A DNA stretch of 63,610 nucleotides, filler included, from Octopus bimaculoides (lineage: Eukaryota): assembly GCF_001194135.2 (NCBI RefSeq). It is 5 parts of 5 records of this genome, joined end to end, with 100 filler letters (N's around TTAATTAATTAA, not from the genome) between each part and the next. Parts side by side here need not be neighbours in the genome. Positions count along the whole stretch, not along the records: positions 3,924 to 27,045 come from NC_068987.1; positions 27,146 to 43,156 come from NC_068991.1; 3 more parts are not named here. The stretch is one strand, 5' to 3'. Below the pieces are notes generated by a model. It saw only the letters and a program-made list of their open reading frames with translations, had not been told where the DNA came from and ran no database searches. Every line of letters starts with the position of its first letter. Position 1 is the first letter of the stretch. This document shows positions 26,729 through 38,491 of the stretch, piece after piece. The position numbers were made by a program, and so were the translations under genes.

Positions 26729-27512
26729 AAATCTATCCAATCTCTCGCTGACGTCGGTCTATATGTATGTTTCTCTCTCTCTCTCTCTCTCTCCTCTTTC
26801 TTTACACACACACACACATACACACACACATAATAACAGTTGATTTACTTGATTAAGCACCTGAATGACTTGAATCCTGAATAGACACACGCACACACAC
26901 ACGCGCACGCACACACACACACCCATACACACACACACATACACACACACACACACACGCAGTTACACACATATCACGTGCCTATGTAATATCAGTTGAC
27001 ATCCTTAAACTGCGTCAAGCAATTTTCTGTAGTGAATGTGTGTATNNNNNNNNNNNNNNNNNNNNNNNNNNNNNNNNNNNNNNNNNNNNTTAATTAATTA
27101 ANNNNNNNNNNNNNNNNNNNNNNNNNNNNNNNNNNNNNNNNNNNNCTTACACACACACACACACACTTACACACACACACACACTTACACACACACACAC
27201 ACACACTCACACACACACACACACACACACGTAAATATCGAATCATGAGAATGAGTACTCAACACCGCATTGGTGGCTAATGATTCTTTGTGTTTTAAAG
27301 CTACCATTGGTTTTCTGTTAAAGAATGCCTATACAATTATCAAGCCTATCACACGAAACGTCGGTGTTCGTCTCTGTTTTGTTTCAATCGAAAATAGAGA
27401 CGATGTTTCATGTGGTAGGCTTAATGATTCTCGAGAGACTTCCTATTGGCATCAAACCAATGGTAGCCTTAATACATAAATAGAGCATATATCTATACAC
27501 ACAAATGTTTAA

Positions 27513-27842
27513 AACAAGCAAATTAGCTAGTTAGAAAGTCTCTATAAAAGATGAAAGCTGTAACAACACCAAGAAGTAATGCTTATCGTCACTTAAACAT
27601 GACTTCTGTTGGGACTGATGTTACGGCTATTTTTAACTCCAGGTGACGCCTCCTTCAGCAGGCGGTATAGTGCAATCTGCACCCGATATATATTGCAAAT
27701 ATGGCAGTGAACTCCTACCTTCTTTTAGTCATGAGAAGACAATGCGGAACAGCCATGTGTAAATGACGATAAGCATTATTTTTCAGTATAGTTAATGTTT
27801 TCATTTCTTATAAAGATTTTCTGGCTAGCTAATCTGCTTGTT
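27513..27842. mobile_element. Foldback/MITE-like element with about 90-bp imperfect terminal inverted repeats
   Basis: AACAAGCAAATTAGCTAGTTAGAAAGTC..AATGCTTATCGTCACTTAAACATGACT (27513-27604) is inverted at 27751-27842. Confidence 0.8.
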
Positions 27843-27894
27843 GCAAGATCAGTAACTAGAATGAACTACCGCTAAATTACAAGTACATAAACAA

Positions 27895-28102
27895 ACCAAC
27901 ACCGGTTGTCATAGCGGTGGCAGAGGACACACAGACACACACACACACACATGACGGACTTCCACAGTTTCTGCGTGACAAATTTCACTTACATCGTAGT
28001 GGTCGGCACGGGGCTTTAGTAGAAAACACTTGCCCAAGGTGCCATGCAGTGGGGCTGAACCTGAAACCATGTGGTTGCAAAGCGAGTCATACTCACGCCT
28101 GT
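27895..28102 (-). mobile_element. SINE family A variant, 5' half
   Basis: ACACTTGCCCAAGGTGCCATGCAGTGGGGCTGAACCTGAAACCATGTGG (CORE-like region and head, reverse complement). Confidence 0.85.
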
Positions 28103-28626
28103 ATATCTTTGATTTCAATGTGCATTAATTCTATTTCTCACGTACATCCGACCAGCAGATCGAAACTGATTCATCTCTATTAAATCGTAAGATTGAATGC
28201 TTGATGTTAGTCAATAAGTGAGAAGCTGTGGGTTAACGCCGAGCAGATTTTTGAAATATCTTACTTTCTTTATGGTGGTGGGAGGTTTGGTGGAGGCCGT
28301 TATGTGAGCNNNNNNNNNNTCGGCACGGGGCTTTAGTAGAAAACACTTGCCCAAGGTGCCATGCAGTGGGGCTGAACCTGAAACCATGTGGTTGCAAAGC
28401 GAGTCATACTCACGCCTGTATATCTTTGATTTCAATGTGCATTAATTCTATTTCTCACGTACATCCGACCAGCAGATCGAAACTGATTCATCTCTATTAA
28501 ATCGTAAGATTGAATGCTTGATGTTAGTCAATAAGTGAGAAGCTGTGGGTTAACGCCGAGCAGATTTTTGAAATATCTTACTTTCTTTATGGTGGTGGGA
28601 GGTTTGGTGGAGGCCGTTATGTGAGC
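28003..28626. other. 307-bp exact duplication across a 10-N gap (probable assembly artefact)
   Basis: 28003-28309 appears identical to 28320-28626. Confidence 0.85.
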
Positions 28627-29019
28627 ATTTCTTGGTCTGTTCACATAGCCAGTTCAGAGAGGGAGAGAGAGAGGGGGGGGAAGGAGGAAGAGGGAAAGAG
28701 AGATGGGGAGAGACGGACAGATAGAAACAAGCAGACGGAGAGGAAGGGAGAGAGAGACGGAAAGGAAGAGAAAGAGAGAGAGATAAAGAGAGACGGACAG
28801 ATAGAGACAGACGGACAGAGAGGAAGAAAAAGAGAGAGATAGAGACAGGGACAGACAGAAAATGAGAGAGAGAGAAAGAGAGACAGAGACAGAGACAGAG
28901 AAAGAAAGAAAGAAAGAAAGAAGGAAAGAACGAAAGAAAGAAAGAGGGAAAGAACGAAAGAAAGAAAGAAAGAGAGAGGGAAAGAACGAAAGAAAGAAAG
29001 AACGAGAAAGGATAAATCA

Positions 29020-29120
29020 ATTTTAGTAGTTGACTGTCATTTTATATAACGACCCCGAAGAGATGAGGTGCAAAGTTGGCCTTGGTGGAATTCGATCTCA
29101 GAGTGCAGAAGGCCAGAACG
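29020..29120 (-). mobile_element. SINE family B fragment
   Basis: GACCCCGAAGAGATGAGGTGCAAAGTTGGCCTTGGTGGAATTCGATCTCAGA. Confidence 0.7.
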
Positions 29121-29324
29121 AAACTCACAGTACATCGTCTTAAAAGATGACCTTAGTTTTTTGGTGGAGACAACAGAAGCGCTTCAAGGTGGTCCATCGA
29201 CATGCTAGATATAACAACCATATAACCCCCCCAAACGCTATTTTACGGTCGTCAGAGTCAAGGAAGGCATCAACAAAGTTGTCCTAGATGTGCATTAAAA
29301 GGGATGCTTACTGTCGAAATGCTT

Positions 29325-30045
29325 TTGCGTTGTGTGGTTAAGAAGCTCGCTTTGCAATCATGTGGTTTCGGGTTCAGGCCTGCTGAGCGAATTTAATAGA
29401 CGGAAACTGCATGGAAGCCTGTCGTGTATACACAGACGCGCGCGCGCGTGCGCAAGAGTGCACACGTAAACGAAAAACGTCGTTGAAGAGGTCACAGATG
29501 TGTGACGGAAGATTTCCGGACAATGGACATGAGTTAGAAAAAGAACAGTAATAAATGATTGAAGAACGAATATATAGTGCGTGTGTTTATTGGTAAAAAA
29601 AAACAAAAAAATGACCATCCCTNNNNNNNNNNNNNNNNNNNNNNNNNNNNNNNNNNNNNNNNNNNNNNNNNNNNNNNNNNNNNNNNNNNNNNNNNNNNNN
29701 NNNNNNNNNNNNNNNNNNNNNNNNNNNNNNNNNNNNNNNNNNNNNNNNNNNNNNNNNNNNNNNNNNNNNNNNNNNNNNNNNNNNNNNNNNNNNNNNNNNN
29801 NNNNNNNNNNNNNNNNNNNNNNNNNNNNNNNNNNNNNNNNNNNNNNNNNNNNNNNNNNNNNNNNNNNNNNNNNNNNNNNNNNNNNNNNNNNNNNNNNNNN
29901 NNNNNNNNNNNNNNNNNNNNNNNNNNNNNNNNNNNATATATACATATATATATATATACATATATATATATACATATATACGACGGTCTTCTTTCAGTTT
30001 CCGTCTACGAAATCCACTCACAAGGCTTTGGTCGACCCGAGGCTA
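29325..30045. mobile_element. Two SINE family A fragments in opposite orientation (about 29325-29430 + and 29980-30045 -)
   Basis: Head TGTGTGGTTAAGAAGCTCGC..GGGTTCAGG on +. TTTCAGTTTCCGTCTACGAAATCCACTCACAAGGCTTTGG on -. Confidence 0.7.
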
Positions 30046-30480
30046 TATTATACATATATATATGTATGTGTGTGTGTGTGTATGTGTGTGGATAAGCATA
30101 TTAAAAGCGGTCCGTGGGGAAACTTATTTAAATAAATGGGGCTCTTGGTAGTTAAAATGTTGGGGACCATGGCCCATATCTTCGGCTCACTGCACCAAAT
30201 AAACAGCACTCTTCCTAGTGTGGGCAGTGCTGGTCGTGGTGGAGACGGCATTGGAGATTTCTGCGTCTCTTCTCCATCCACCTTTTTTTTTTCCTTGTCC
30301 TCGTACAATCACGTTCCTAGTGAATACGTGANNNNNNNNNNCTTTTTTTTTTTTTTTTGACATTATTGATGAAGCTGGACGAAGTAGGAACAGAAGCACA
30401 TCAAAAATAGTTGCAACAAATAGTAGAAGCGCATCGTCGTCATCATCATCATTATCATCATCATCATCATCATCATCATT

Positions 30481-30529
<49 letters not shown>

Positions 30530-30642
30530 CAACCATTACCGTCTCAGCCGCCACTGTTCTCACCTTCACCTCACCTTCACCTCACCATCACCATCATCAT
30601 CGTCATCGCGTCCGCCTCCACCTCTTTCAGCTCCTCTTCTAG

Positions 30643-30704
<62 letters not shown>

Positions 30705-30926
30705 ACTAATACTACTACTAGTGAACGATGCATAAATCATGAGTAATTCAGACTTCCTATTTGCCTAGGTTCTCCGTGTCAACCTGGAAAGGTCACAGGC
30801 TAGACAAAGGGTTTTATATATANNNNNNNNNNNNNNNNNNNNNNNNNNNNNNNNNNNNNNNNNNNNNNNNNNNNNNNNNNNNNNNNNNNNNNNNNNNNNN
30901 NNNNNNNNNNNNNNNNNNNNNNNNNN

Positions 30927-30959
<33 letters not shown>

Positions 30960-31039
30960 GCATACATACATATATATACATATGTGTGTGTGTGTATGTG
31001 CGTGCGTATATATATATATATATGAGTGCGTTTGTGTGT

Positions 31040-31318
31040 TGGGTGTGCTCACGATTGTAAGGTCGTGAGTTCAATTCCCGGCAACGCGTTGTGCAAGACA
31101 CTTTATTTCACATTGCTCCACTTCACTCAGCTGACAAAAATGCATTTCAAAGGGCCATCTTTGTCACACTCTGTGTCACGCTGAATCTCCCCGAGAACTA
31201 CGTTAAGGGTACACGTGTCTGTGGAGTGCTCAGCCACTTCCACGTCAATTTCACGAGCAGGCTGTTCCGTTGATCGGATCAAATGGGACACCCCTCGTCG
31301 TCGTAACCGACGGAGTAC
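31040..31318 (+). mobile_element. SINE family D variant
   Basis: CTCACGATTGTAAGGTCGTGAGTTCAATTCCCGG..GCAAGACACTTTATTTCACATTGCTCCAC..TCGTCGTAACCGACGGAGT. Confidence 0.75.
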
Positions 31319-31647
31319 CTGTTTATGAAAAATAATAATATAAAGTAATACAATAAATAATAAATATTAAATACAAATTATATACAATTGTTTCAATTCT
31401 TACTCTTAGTAAAATTATAAAAATCCATTGTTTGTGGGGGAAAATCTCCTCAATGTAAATTTTAATATATGAGGATTCACAGATCCGAGAAAAGACTGAA
31501 TGTAAATATATTTGTTTTCAAGCGTCAGTAATCAAAAGCAAAAACAAAGATAAAAATAAAATGTAAACCAATATAACGATTGTAATATATTTGTATGCTA
31601 CTAAGTGTTGTAATCTAAATATATCGTAGCACACTTTTTTTTAAATA

Positions 31648-32824
31648 CTGTGTCGGTTATGTATATTTGTTTTTGACACAAGAAAGTACATGTTAATACA
31701 AAATACGTAGTTTATTTAAGAAAAACTTTCTAAAAAAATAATAGCATAATAACATAATATATAATAGAGAAATACAATTGACAATCTAACAATCGTTTTT
31801 TCCTTCGTTCTTCTCTTTCCACGTGACCGGCGTTCGGCCAAGCCTGAACTTTCTTTCTTGGCCGGCCGTTGTCCGTGCAACATCGATATTCCTCCCTGTG
31901 CCTGTGAAATCTTGTGTCCCTGCCGTAAGGCTTTATTTCCACACACGCCAGCTTAATTTAATTCGTTCTTAGTCGAAAGACACCTGTTGTTATGTCCTGT
32001 CCATGAAAGGGAAGAATACTATTGCTATGTAGCCCTAGGAAGCAACGCTTCCTGTCGGCCTTGACACATTTCTTGTGTCCTTATGTTTATAAAGGGGGAA
32101 ATAAGCACCTCCACCCAGCAAAGCCAGCATCCAGTCTGGAGTAGCATGGCTTGCTAGCTGTCGATACCTATCTTCCTCTGTAAACACATAATAATTCAAA
32201 TGAAATACATTCACTGATTTCGAAANNNNNNNNNNNNNNNNNNNNNNNNNNNNNNNNNNNNNNNNNNNNNNNNNNNNNNNNNNNNNNNNNNNNNNNNNNN
32301 NNNNNNNNNNNNNNNNNNNNNNNNNNNNNNNNNNNNNNNNNNNNNNNNNNNNNNNNNNNNNNNNNNNNNNNNNNNNNNNNNNNNNNNNNNNNNNNNNNNN
32401 NNNNNNNNNNNNNNNNNNNNNNNNNNNNNNNNNNNNNNNNNNNNNNNNNNNNNNNNNNNNNNNNNNNNNNNNNNNNNNNNNNNNNNNNNNNNNNNNNNNN
32501 NNNNNNNNNNNNNNNNNNNNNNNNNNNNNNNNNNNNNNNNNNNNNNNNNNNNNNNNNNNNNNNNNNNNNNNNNNNNNNNNNNNNNNNNNNNNNNNNNNNN
32601 NNNNNNNNNNNNNNNNNNNNNNNNNNNNNNNNNNNNNNNNNNNNNNNNNNNNNNNNNNNNNNNNNNNNNNNNNNNNNNNNNNNNNNNNNNNNNNNNNNNN
32701 NNNNNNNNNNNNNNNNNNNNNNNNNNNNNNNNNNNNNNNNNNNNNNNTATATATATATATATGCCTGGCTGTGTCGGTTATGTATATTTGTTTTTGACAC
32801 AAGAAAGCACATGTTAATACAAAA
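31648..32824. repeat. 56-bp direct repeat (31648-31703 and 32769-32824) flanking a hairpin-rich interspersed repeat and a gap
   Basis: CTGTGTCGGTTATGTATATTTGTTTTTGACACAAGAAAG(T/C)ACATGTTAATACAAAA, one mismatch. Confidence 0.85.
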
Positions 32825-32856
32825 CTGGTGTCGTGTCGAAATGGTAACTTAGCCGA

Positions 32857-33005
32857 TCGATAGAATCGGGATCGATAAAATAAGTACCTAAAGTATCAAA
32901 CTGAAATAAGTCATAGATTCGATAAGATCGATTAAAAGGTCCCTGAGGGCGGTGCCCCTGCATGGCTGCAGTCCATTGACTGAGGCTAGTGAAAGAATAA
33001 AAGAA
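32857..33005 (+). mobile_element. SINE 3' fragment with a family B-like middle and a family A-like tail
   Basis: GGGATCGATAAAATAAGTACC followed by GGCGGTGCCCCTGCATGGCTGCAGTCCATTGACTGA..AAAAGAAG. Confidence 0.65.
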
Positions 33006-33624
33006 GAAAATGACATCAACAGATTATAGAATGCGGAGGAGGAGGAGGGCGGAAGTGAAGGGGAGGCGTTAAGAGTGAAAGAGGGAGTAAGAATCGCATT
33101 ATAAAAAGAGAGCATGACGTTATGAAAGAGGGAAAGAAAACAGCTGTTGAGGAAGAGGAGGGTGTAAGGTCGCAAGGTACATTGGCCGTCTGACGACATG
33201 ACTACTGTATGGCTACATTGTTACCTGAATATGCGTGTGTGTATGTGAGAGTGCGCATGTGTGTGTATGTGTATGTGTGTGTGTGTGTGTGTGTTTGTCC
33301 GTTGGTGACATGTTTAGTTACGCTGGTTACAAGATTATGCGATTAGTAATGTGTCTGCATCAGTATGTATGTGTGTGTGTCCCTTCACACTCAAAGAAGC
33401 GTGTACGTGTCCACACGCGTACGCACTCAGGTACATATACTCACTCACACACATCCACACCTGTACACACACACACACTTATACACACACACACACAGAG
33501 GGAGAGGGAGAGAGATGAGGAATGTGTGTCTTTTTATATAATGATTTTCTCCACTCTCCTCTTTCACGTCTCTCTCTGCATACATACATACATACATTCA
33601 CACTCACACATATATATCGTACAC

Positions 33625-33663
<39 letters not shown>

Positions 33664-33683
33664 GTCTGCGTATGTGATAGTGA

Positions 33684-33714
<31 letters not shown>

Positions 33715-33953
33715 NNNNNNNNNNNNNNNNNNNNNNNNNNNNNNNNNNNNNNNNNNNNNNNNNNNNNNNNNNNNNNNNNNNNNNNNNNNNNNNNNNNNNN
33801 NNNNNNNNNNNNNNNNNNNNNNNNNNNNNNNNNNNNNNNNNNNNNNNNNNNNNNNNNNNNNNNNNNNNNNNNNNNNNNNNNNNNNNNNNNNNNNNNNNNN
33901 NNNNNNNNNNNNNNNNNNNNNNNNNNNNNNNNNNNNNNNNNNNNNNNNNNNNN

Positions 33954-33987
<34 letters not shown>

Positions 33988-33988
<1 letters not shown>

Positions 33989-34631
33989 TCGAACTCGAGA
34001 GCTTAATGAAATACCTAGCCCAAAGTAAGGAAACCATTCTAGTGACAGATAGGAACGAGGGATTATTGAGAGCAGAGAAAAAAAAAACGGAAAACAAAGG
34101 AAGAATGCAAAAAGGATATGAAGAAGAATTACGCAAGAAGGGACTACGCAATCGATTCCATGGAGCCACAGCAGAAGTTACTGGAAAACGTAGGTGGGAT
34201 TGGTTGATGAAAGGACCACTGGCAGTGCAGGACCCAAGCTTTGACCATGAACTGGAAGGTCAACCTTTGGAATGAGCAAGTGTCCCTGCTGTGCCGCATC
34301 TGCAAGGGAGTGGATGAAACCATTGCCCATATCACGAACGAATGCCCTAGACTTGTCCAAAACCACTGCAAGTTGTGGCGACACGACCAGGTAGCGAAAG
34401 TACTGTACTGAAAACTGGTCAGAGAGAGCCAAGACGTGGGATGAGCATAAACTGCAGAGTGACGGAGTCGGAGACTAGCAAAATCCTCTGGGATTTCCCA
34501 ATCCAAACAGATCAGGTGCTAGAGCATAACAGACCGGACCTGGTGGTGGTGGTGGTCAAGGTGCACCACATACGCTATATACTTGACGTTGCAGGACCCT
34601 TTGACCCACGAATAGTCAAGAAGGAAGAACA
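33988..34631 (+). mobile_element. R4/Dong-type non-LTR retrotransposon 3' fragment (CCHC knuckle plus restriction-like endonuclease)
   Basis: Frameshifted translation: QDQAL..CRICKGVDETIAHITNEC..WRHDQVA..KILWDFPIQTDQVLEHNRPDLVVV..LDVAGPFD (PD..D REL motif). It directly abuts a (TAA)n tract at 33954-33987. Confidence 0.85.
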
Positions 34632-34671
34632 GTCTGTGTATGAGTAATGCTTCCCCGCCCCCTCTGCTGGG

Positions 34672-34800
34672 GGTCGACTTTGCCTTTCATCCTTTCGGGG
34701 GATCGATAAACTAAGTACCAGTTACGCACTGGGGCCGATGTAATCGACAAGTCCCCTCCCCCCAAAAAATGTTAGACCTTGTAACTTTAGTAGAAAGGAT
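34672..34800 (+). mobile_element. SINE family B 3' half
   Basis: GGTCGACTTTGCCTTTCATCCTTTCGGGGGATCGATAAACTAAGTACCAGTTACGCACTGGGG. Confidence 0.85.
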
Positions 34801-34834
34801 TATTATTATCATTATTTCTACTAGTATCTTTTAC

Positions 34835-34866
<32 letters not shown>

Positions 34867-34898
34867 CATCATCATCATTATCATCGTTATTATTATTA

Positions 34899-34945
<47 letters not shown>

Positions 34946-34947
34946 TT

Positions 34948-35064
34948 ATGTTTGACTTTTCTTTTGCGTTTGTACAAGTTGGATCCAAGTCTCACCCAGA
35001 GACCTCAAGAGACAACAAGTTAGAAGTTCATGTAGGTGTTATGCCTTGGGTACCATATATTTGG
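34948..35064 (-). mobile_element. Probable LINE 3' UTR ending in a (TAA)n tail
   Basis: Minus strand ..GTCTCTGGGTGAGACTTGGATCCAACTTGTACAAACG..GTCAAACATAAAATAATAATAAT runs straight into a TAA tract. Cut by the gap at 35065. Confidence 0.55.
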
Positions 35065-35599
35065 ANNNNNNNNNNNNNNNNNNNNNNNNNNNNNNNNNNN
35101 NNNNNNNNNNNNNNNNNNNNNNNNNNNNNNNNNNNNNNNNNNNNNNNNNNNNNNNNNNNNNNNNNNNNNNNNNNNNNNNNNNNNNNNNNNNNNNNNNNNN
35201 NNNNNNNNNNNNNNNNNNNNNNNNNNNNNNNNNNNNNNNNNNNNNNNNNNNNNNNNNNNNNNNNNNNNNNNNNNNNNNNNNNNNNNNNNNNNNNNNNNNN
35301 NNNNNNNNNNNNNNNNNNNNNNNNNNNNNNNNNNNNNNNNNNNNNNNNNNNNNNNNNNNNNNNNNNNNNNNNNNNNNNNNNNNNNNNNNNNNNNNNNNNN
35401 NNNNNNNNNNNNNNNNNNNNNNNNNNNNNNNNNNNNNNNNNNNNNNNNNNNNNNNNNNNNNNNNNNNNNNNNNNNNNNNNNNNNNNNNNNNNNNNNNNNN
35501 NNNNNNNNNNNNNNNNNNNNNNNNNNNNNNNNNNNNNNNNNNNATATATATATATATATATATATATAAATACTATGCCGTCAATAGGAAGAAGTTAGC

Positions 35600-35815
35600 T
35601 TGAGAGAAATATGTAAAAAAGAAAAAGCAAATGTTTTGATGTTGAGTACACACATTTGCTTCAGCACAAAGAATATTGGTGAACCATTCCCATCAAAAAT
35701 TCTGCTAATTACAAAACAACAGGCCTGACATAGTTATTTGGGACAGAAAAACAAAAGTAATGTACTATTGTCGATGTCAGCTGTCCAACCGGATGTGAAC
35801 ATTTCATTAAAAATA
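35600..35815 (+). mobile_element. Second restriction-like-endonuclease LINE fragment
   Basis: KEYW*TIPIK then (frameshift) NNRPDIVIWDRKQK*CTIVDVSCP..DVNISLKI. Confidence 0.7.
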
Positions 35816-36829
35816 ACCACTTAATGTATGTATGTATATGTATAAGCATGCTCTCTTGTATATGTGAATGTACGTGTGTGTATATCTAACGTATACACAC
35901 ACACACACACATACATACATACATATATATATACATACATACACACATTATAAAAATCTTTGTGAGATATAAAGTAACTTATACACAGCTGTTGGGTTAT
36001 AATTATTTCATATATGCACAAATAAATTATTGAATGTATATATATGCATGTATGTGTTATATATATATATATATATAACAACTCTTCGAAACGCCGGTGT
36101 TAANNNNNNNNNNNNNNNNNNNNNNNNNNNNNNNNNNNNNNNNNNNNNNNNNNNNNNNNNNNNNNNNNNNNNNNNNNNNNNNNNNNNNNNNNNNNNNNNN
36201 NNNNNNNNNNNNNNNNNNNNNNNNNNNNNNNNNNNNNNNNNNNNNNNNNNNNNNNNNNNNNNNNNNNNNNNNNNNNNNNNNNNNNNNNNNNNNNNNNNNN
36301 NNNNNNNNNNNNNNNNNNNNNNNNNNNNNNNNNNNNNNNNNNNNNNNNNNNNNNNNNNNNNNNNNNNNNNNNNNNNNNNNNNNNNNNNNNNNNNNNNNNN
36401 NNNNNNNNNNNNNNNNNNNNNNNNNNNNNNNNNNNNNNNNNNNNNNNNNNNNNNNNNNNNNNNNNNNNNNNNNNNNNNNNNNNNNNNNNNNNNNNNNNNN
36501 NNNNNNNNNNNNNNNNNNNNNNNNNNNNNNNNNNNNNNNNNNNNNNNNNNNNNNNNNNNNNNNNNNNNNNNNNNNNNNNNNNNNNNNNNNNNNNNNNNNN
36601 NNNNNNNNNNNNNNNNNNNNNNNNNNNNNNNNNNNNNNNNNNNNNNNNNNNNNNNNNNNNNNNNNNNNNNNNNNNNNNNNNNNNNNNNNNNNNNNNNNNN
36701 NNNNNNNNNNNNNNNNNNNNNNNNNNNNNNNNNNNNNATATATATATATATATATATATATATAAACATATATATGCATGTATGTATTTAAGTATGTATG
36801 TATGTATATATAATCTGCTGATTAATAAT

Positions 36830-36980
36830 AATCCCTTCTGTTAAAGACACAAGGCGGGATAACTTGAAGGAGGGAACTAGTCAATGACATCGACCCCAGT
36901 GTTTCACTGGTACTTAATTTATCGACCCTGAAAGAATGATAGGCAAAGTGAACTTCGGCAGAATTTGAACTCAGAACTTA
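36830..36980 (-). mobile_element. SINE family B 3' part
   Basis: ATCGACCCCAGTGTTTCACTGGTACTTAATTTATCGACCCTGAAAGAATG..GAATTTGAACTCAGAAC. Confidence 0.85.
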
Positions 36981-37078
36981 TATATATATATACATATGTA
37001 TTTATACGAATATATACATACATACATACATACATACATAATATATATATGTATATATTTATATGTATTATACATATA

Positions 37079-37122
37079 CCGTTTGAACCAAAAGTCACAC
37101 ACCAAAACAGTTCATATTTATA

Positions 37123-37194
<72 letters not shown>

Positions 37195-37327
37195 TGTTGT
37201 TCATCATGCACAAGTACATGTGTATTTAGTTTATTTTTTTTATTCAATTTTAGAAAAACGGAAGCATGTCTTTGATAATTCCGGAGCGTATTGAACTTAT
37301 TTTCTGCGTGACTTTTGGCTCACCCTG
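37079..37327. mobile_element. Tc1/mariner-type MITE, 20-bp TIRs, TA flanks, internal (TTA)n
   Basis: Left CCGTTTGAACCAAAAGTCAC vs right (reverse complement) CAGGGTGAGCCAAAAGTCAC, 16/20 match. TA at 37077-37078 and 37328-37329. Confidence 0.7.
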
Positions 37328-37754
37328 TATATATACATTTGCGCATGTGTAATATATATGTAAATATACATATATATGTGTGTGTATTTATATGTGTGTG
37401 TGTGTAGGTGGGTAGGTGTGTGTGTATGTGTGTGTGTGTGTGTGTGTCTGTGTAATAAATCGTTTCATCGTTCTAATTTATATTATTTATTATTGTTTTT
37501 GAATGTAGGGTCGAATAGATAAATGCTTTAAATATGTACGGTTTAAATATATTTTATATTAAAAAAAAAATACTAAATAAATTTCTGTTGGTGCATTCCA
37601 GATTAAGCCTATTACGTACTTCATGTATTAATTTACTGTAATAGTTCACACCTATTTACCTTAAAATGTTAATGGTCTTTTTAAAAAATATTTTGAGTTC
37701 CCTATGTCGCATGGAAACAGGTCGGATAANNNNNNNNNNTATTACATTCCTGGA

Positions 37755-37872
37755 GAAGGCGGCGAGCTAGCAGAAACGTTAGCACCCCGGGCGAAATGCT
37801 TAGCGTTATTTCGTCTGCCGTTACGTTCTGGGTTCAAATTTCGCCGAGGTCGACTTTGCCTTTCATCCTTTC
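37755..37872 (+). mobile_element. SINE family B 5' half (well preserved)
   Basis: GGCGGCGAGCTAGCAGAAACGTTAGCACCCCGGGCGAAATG..GGGTTCAAATTTCGCCGAGGTCGACTTTGCC. Confidence 0.9.
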
Positions 37873-38491
37873 TGATTGACCTTTTACTTTCATGCATTAA
37901 ACTATGCAATCTTCAGGTTCATATAATAGTGATGACAATTATGTTTTTGTAACTTACAACTGTAGTGAGATGGCTAAAATGTGTGCCTTAAATACAGGCT
38001 CCAGAATGTTAAATTTTGTAAACTGTATTCTGACTAATCAGTGTGTGGCTTTACTAAATTACTTAAGTTGATTGGTGCTTGGTTCAGGCGTCACGGTTTG
38101 TTGAACATGTCAATAGAGTTGTATTTTTGACCCTGGTCAAAGCAGTAATTGTTTGGCTATTTTTAGAAATGTTGTAAACATCATTTCCCAGGGACTTCTA
38201 CATTTCAGTTATCATAACCATTATCATTACCTTTATTGTTGCTGTTGTTGTTGTTGTTGGTGGTGGTGGTAGCTGTGGTGGTGGTAGCTGTGTATAGCTG
38301 TGGTAAAAGAACTTTAAACTCTAAATAAGATTATTTTTACTGACTTTTCTCTTGAATTAGCTACTATTTTCCTGCTACCGTCATCATGAGAACCTTTAGT
38401 ATTGCTGTTGTTGTTAGTGGTAGCGGTCGTAGCAGCAGAAATAGTACCTCTAAGTATTAATAGTATTGTTCATTTAGCTTGGGTTGGAATT

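Noticed and set aside
28003-28626. 307-bp tandem duplication
   Set aside because: The copies appear identical and abut a 10-N gap, typical of unmerged overlapping contig ends.
30091-30110. GATAAGCATATTAAAAGCGG resembles the 5' end of 28S rRNA
   Set aside because: The similarity stops after about 15 nt and nothing downstream resembles LSU rRNA.
30136-30330. GC-richer unique segment with open frames on both strands
   Set aside because: No recognisable domain and no convincing splice boundaries; cut by a gap.
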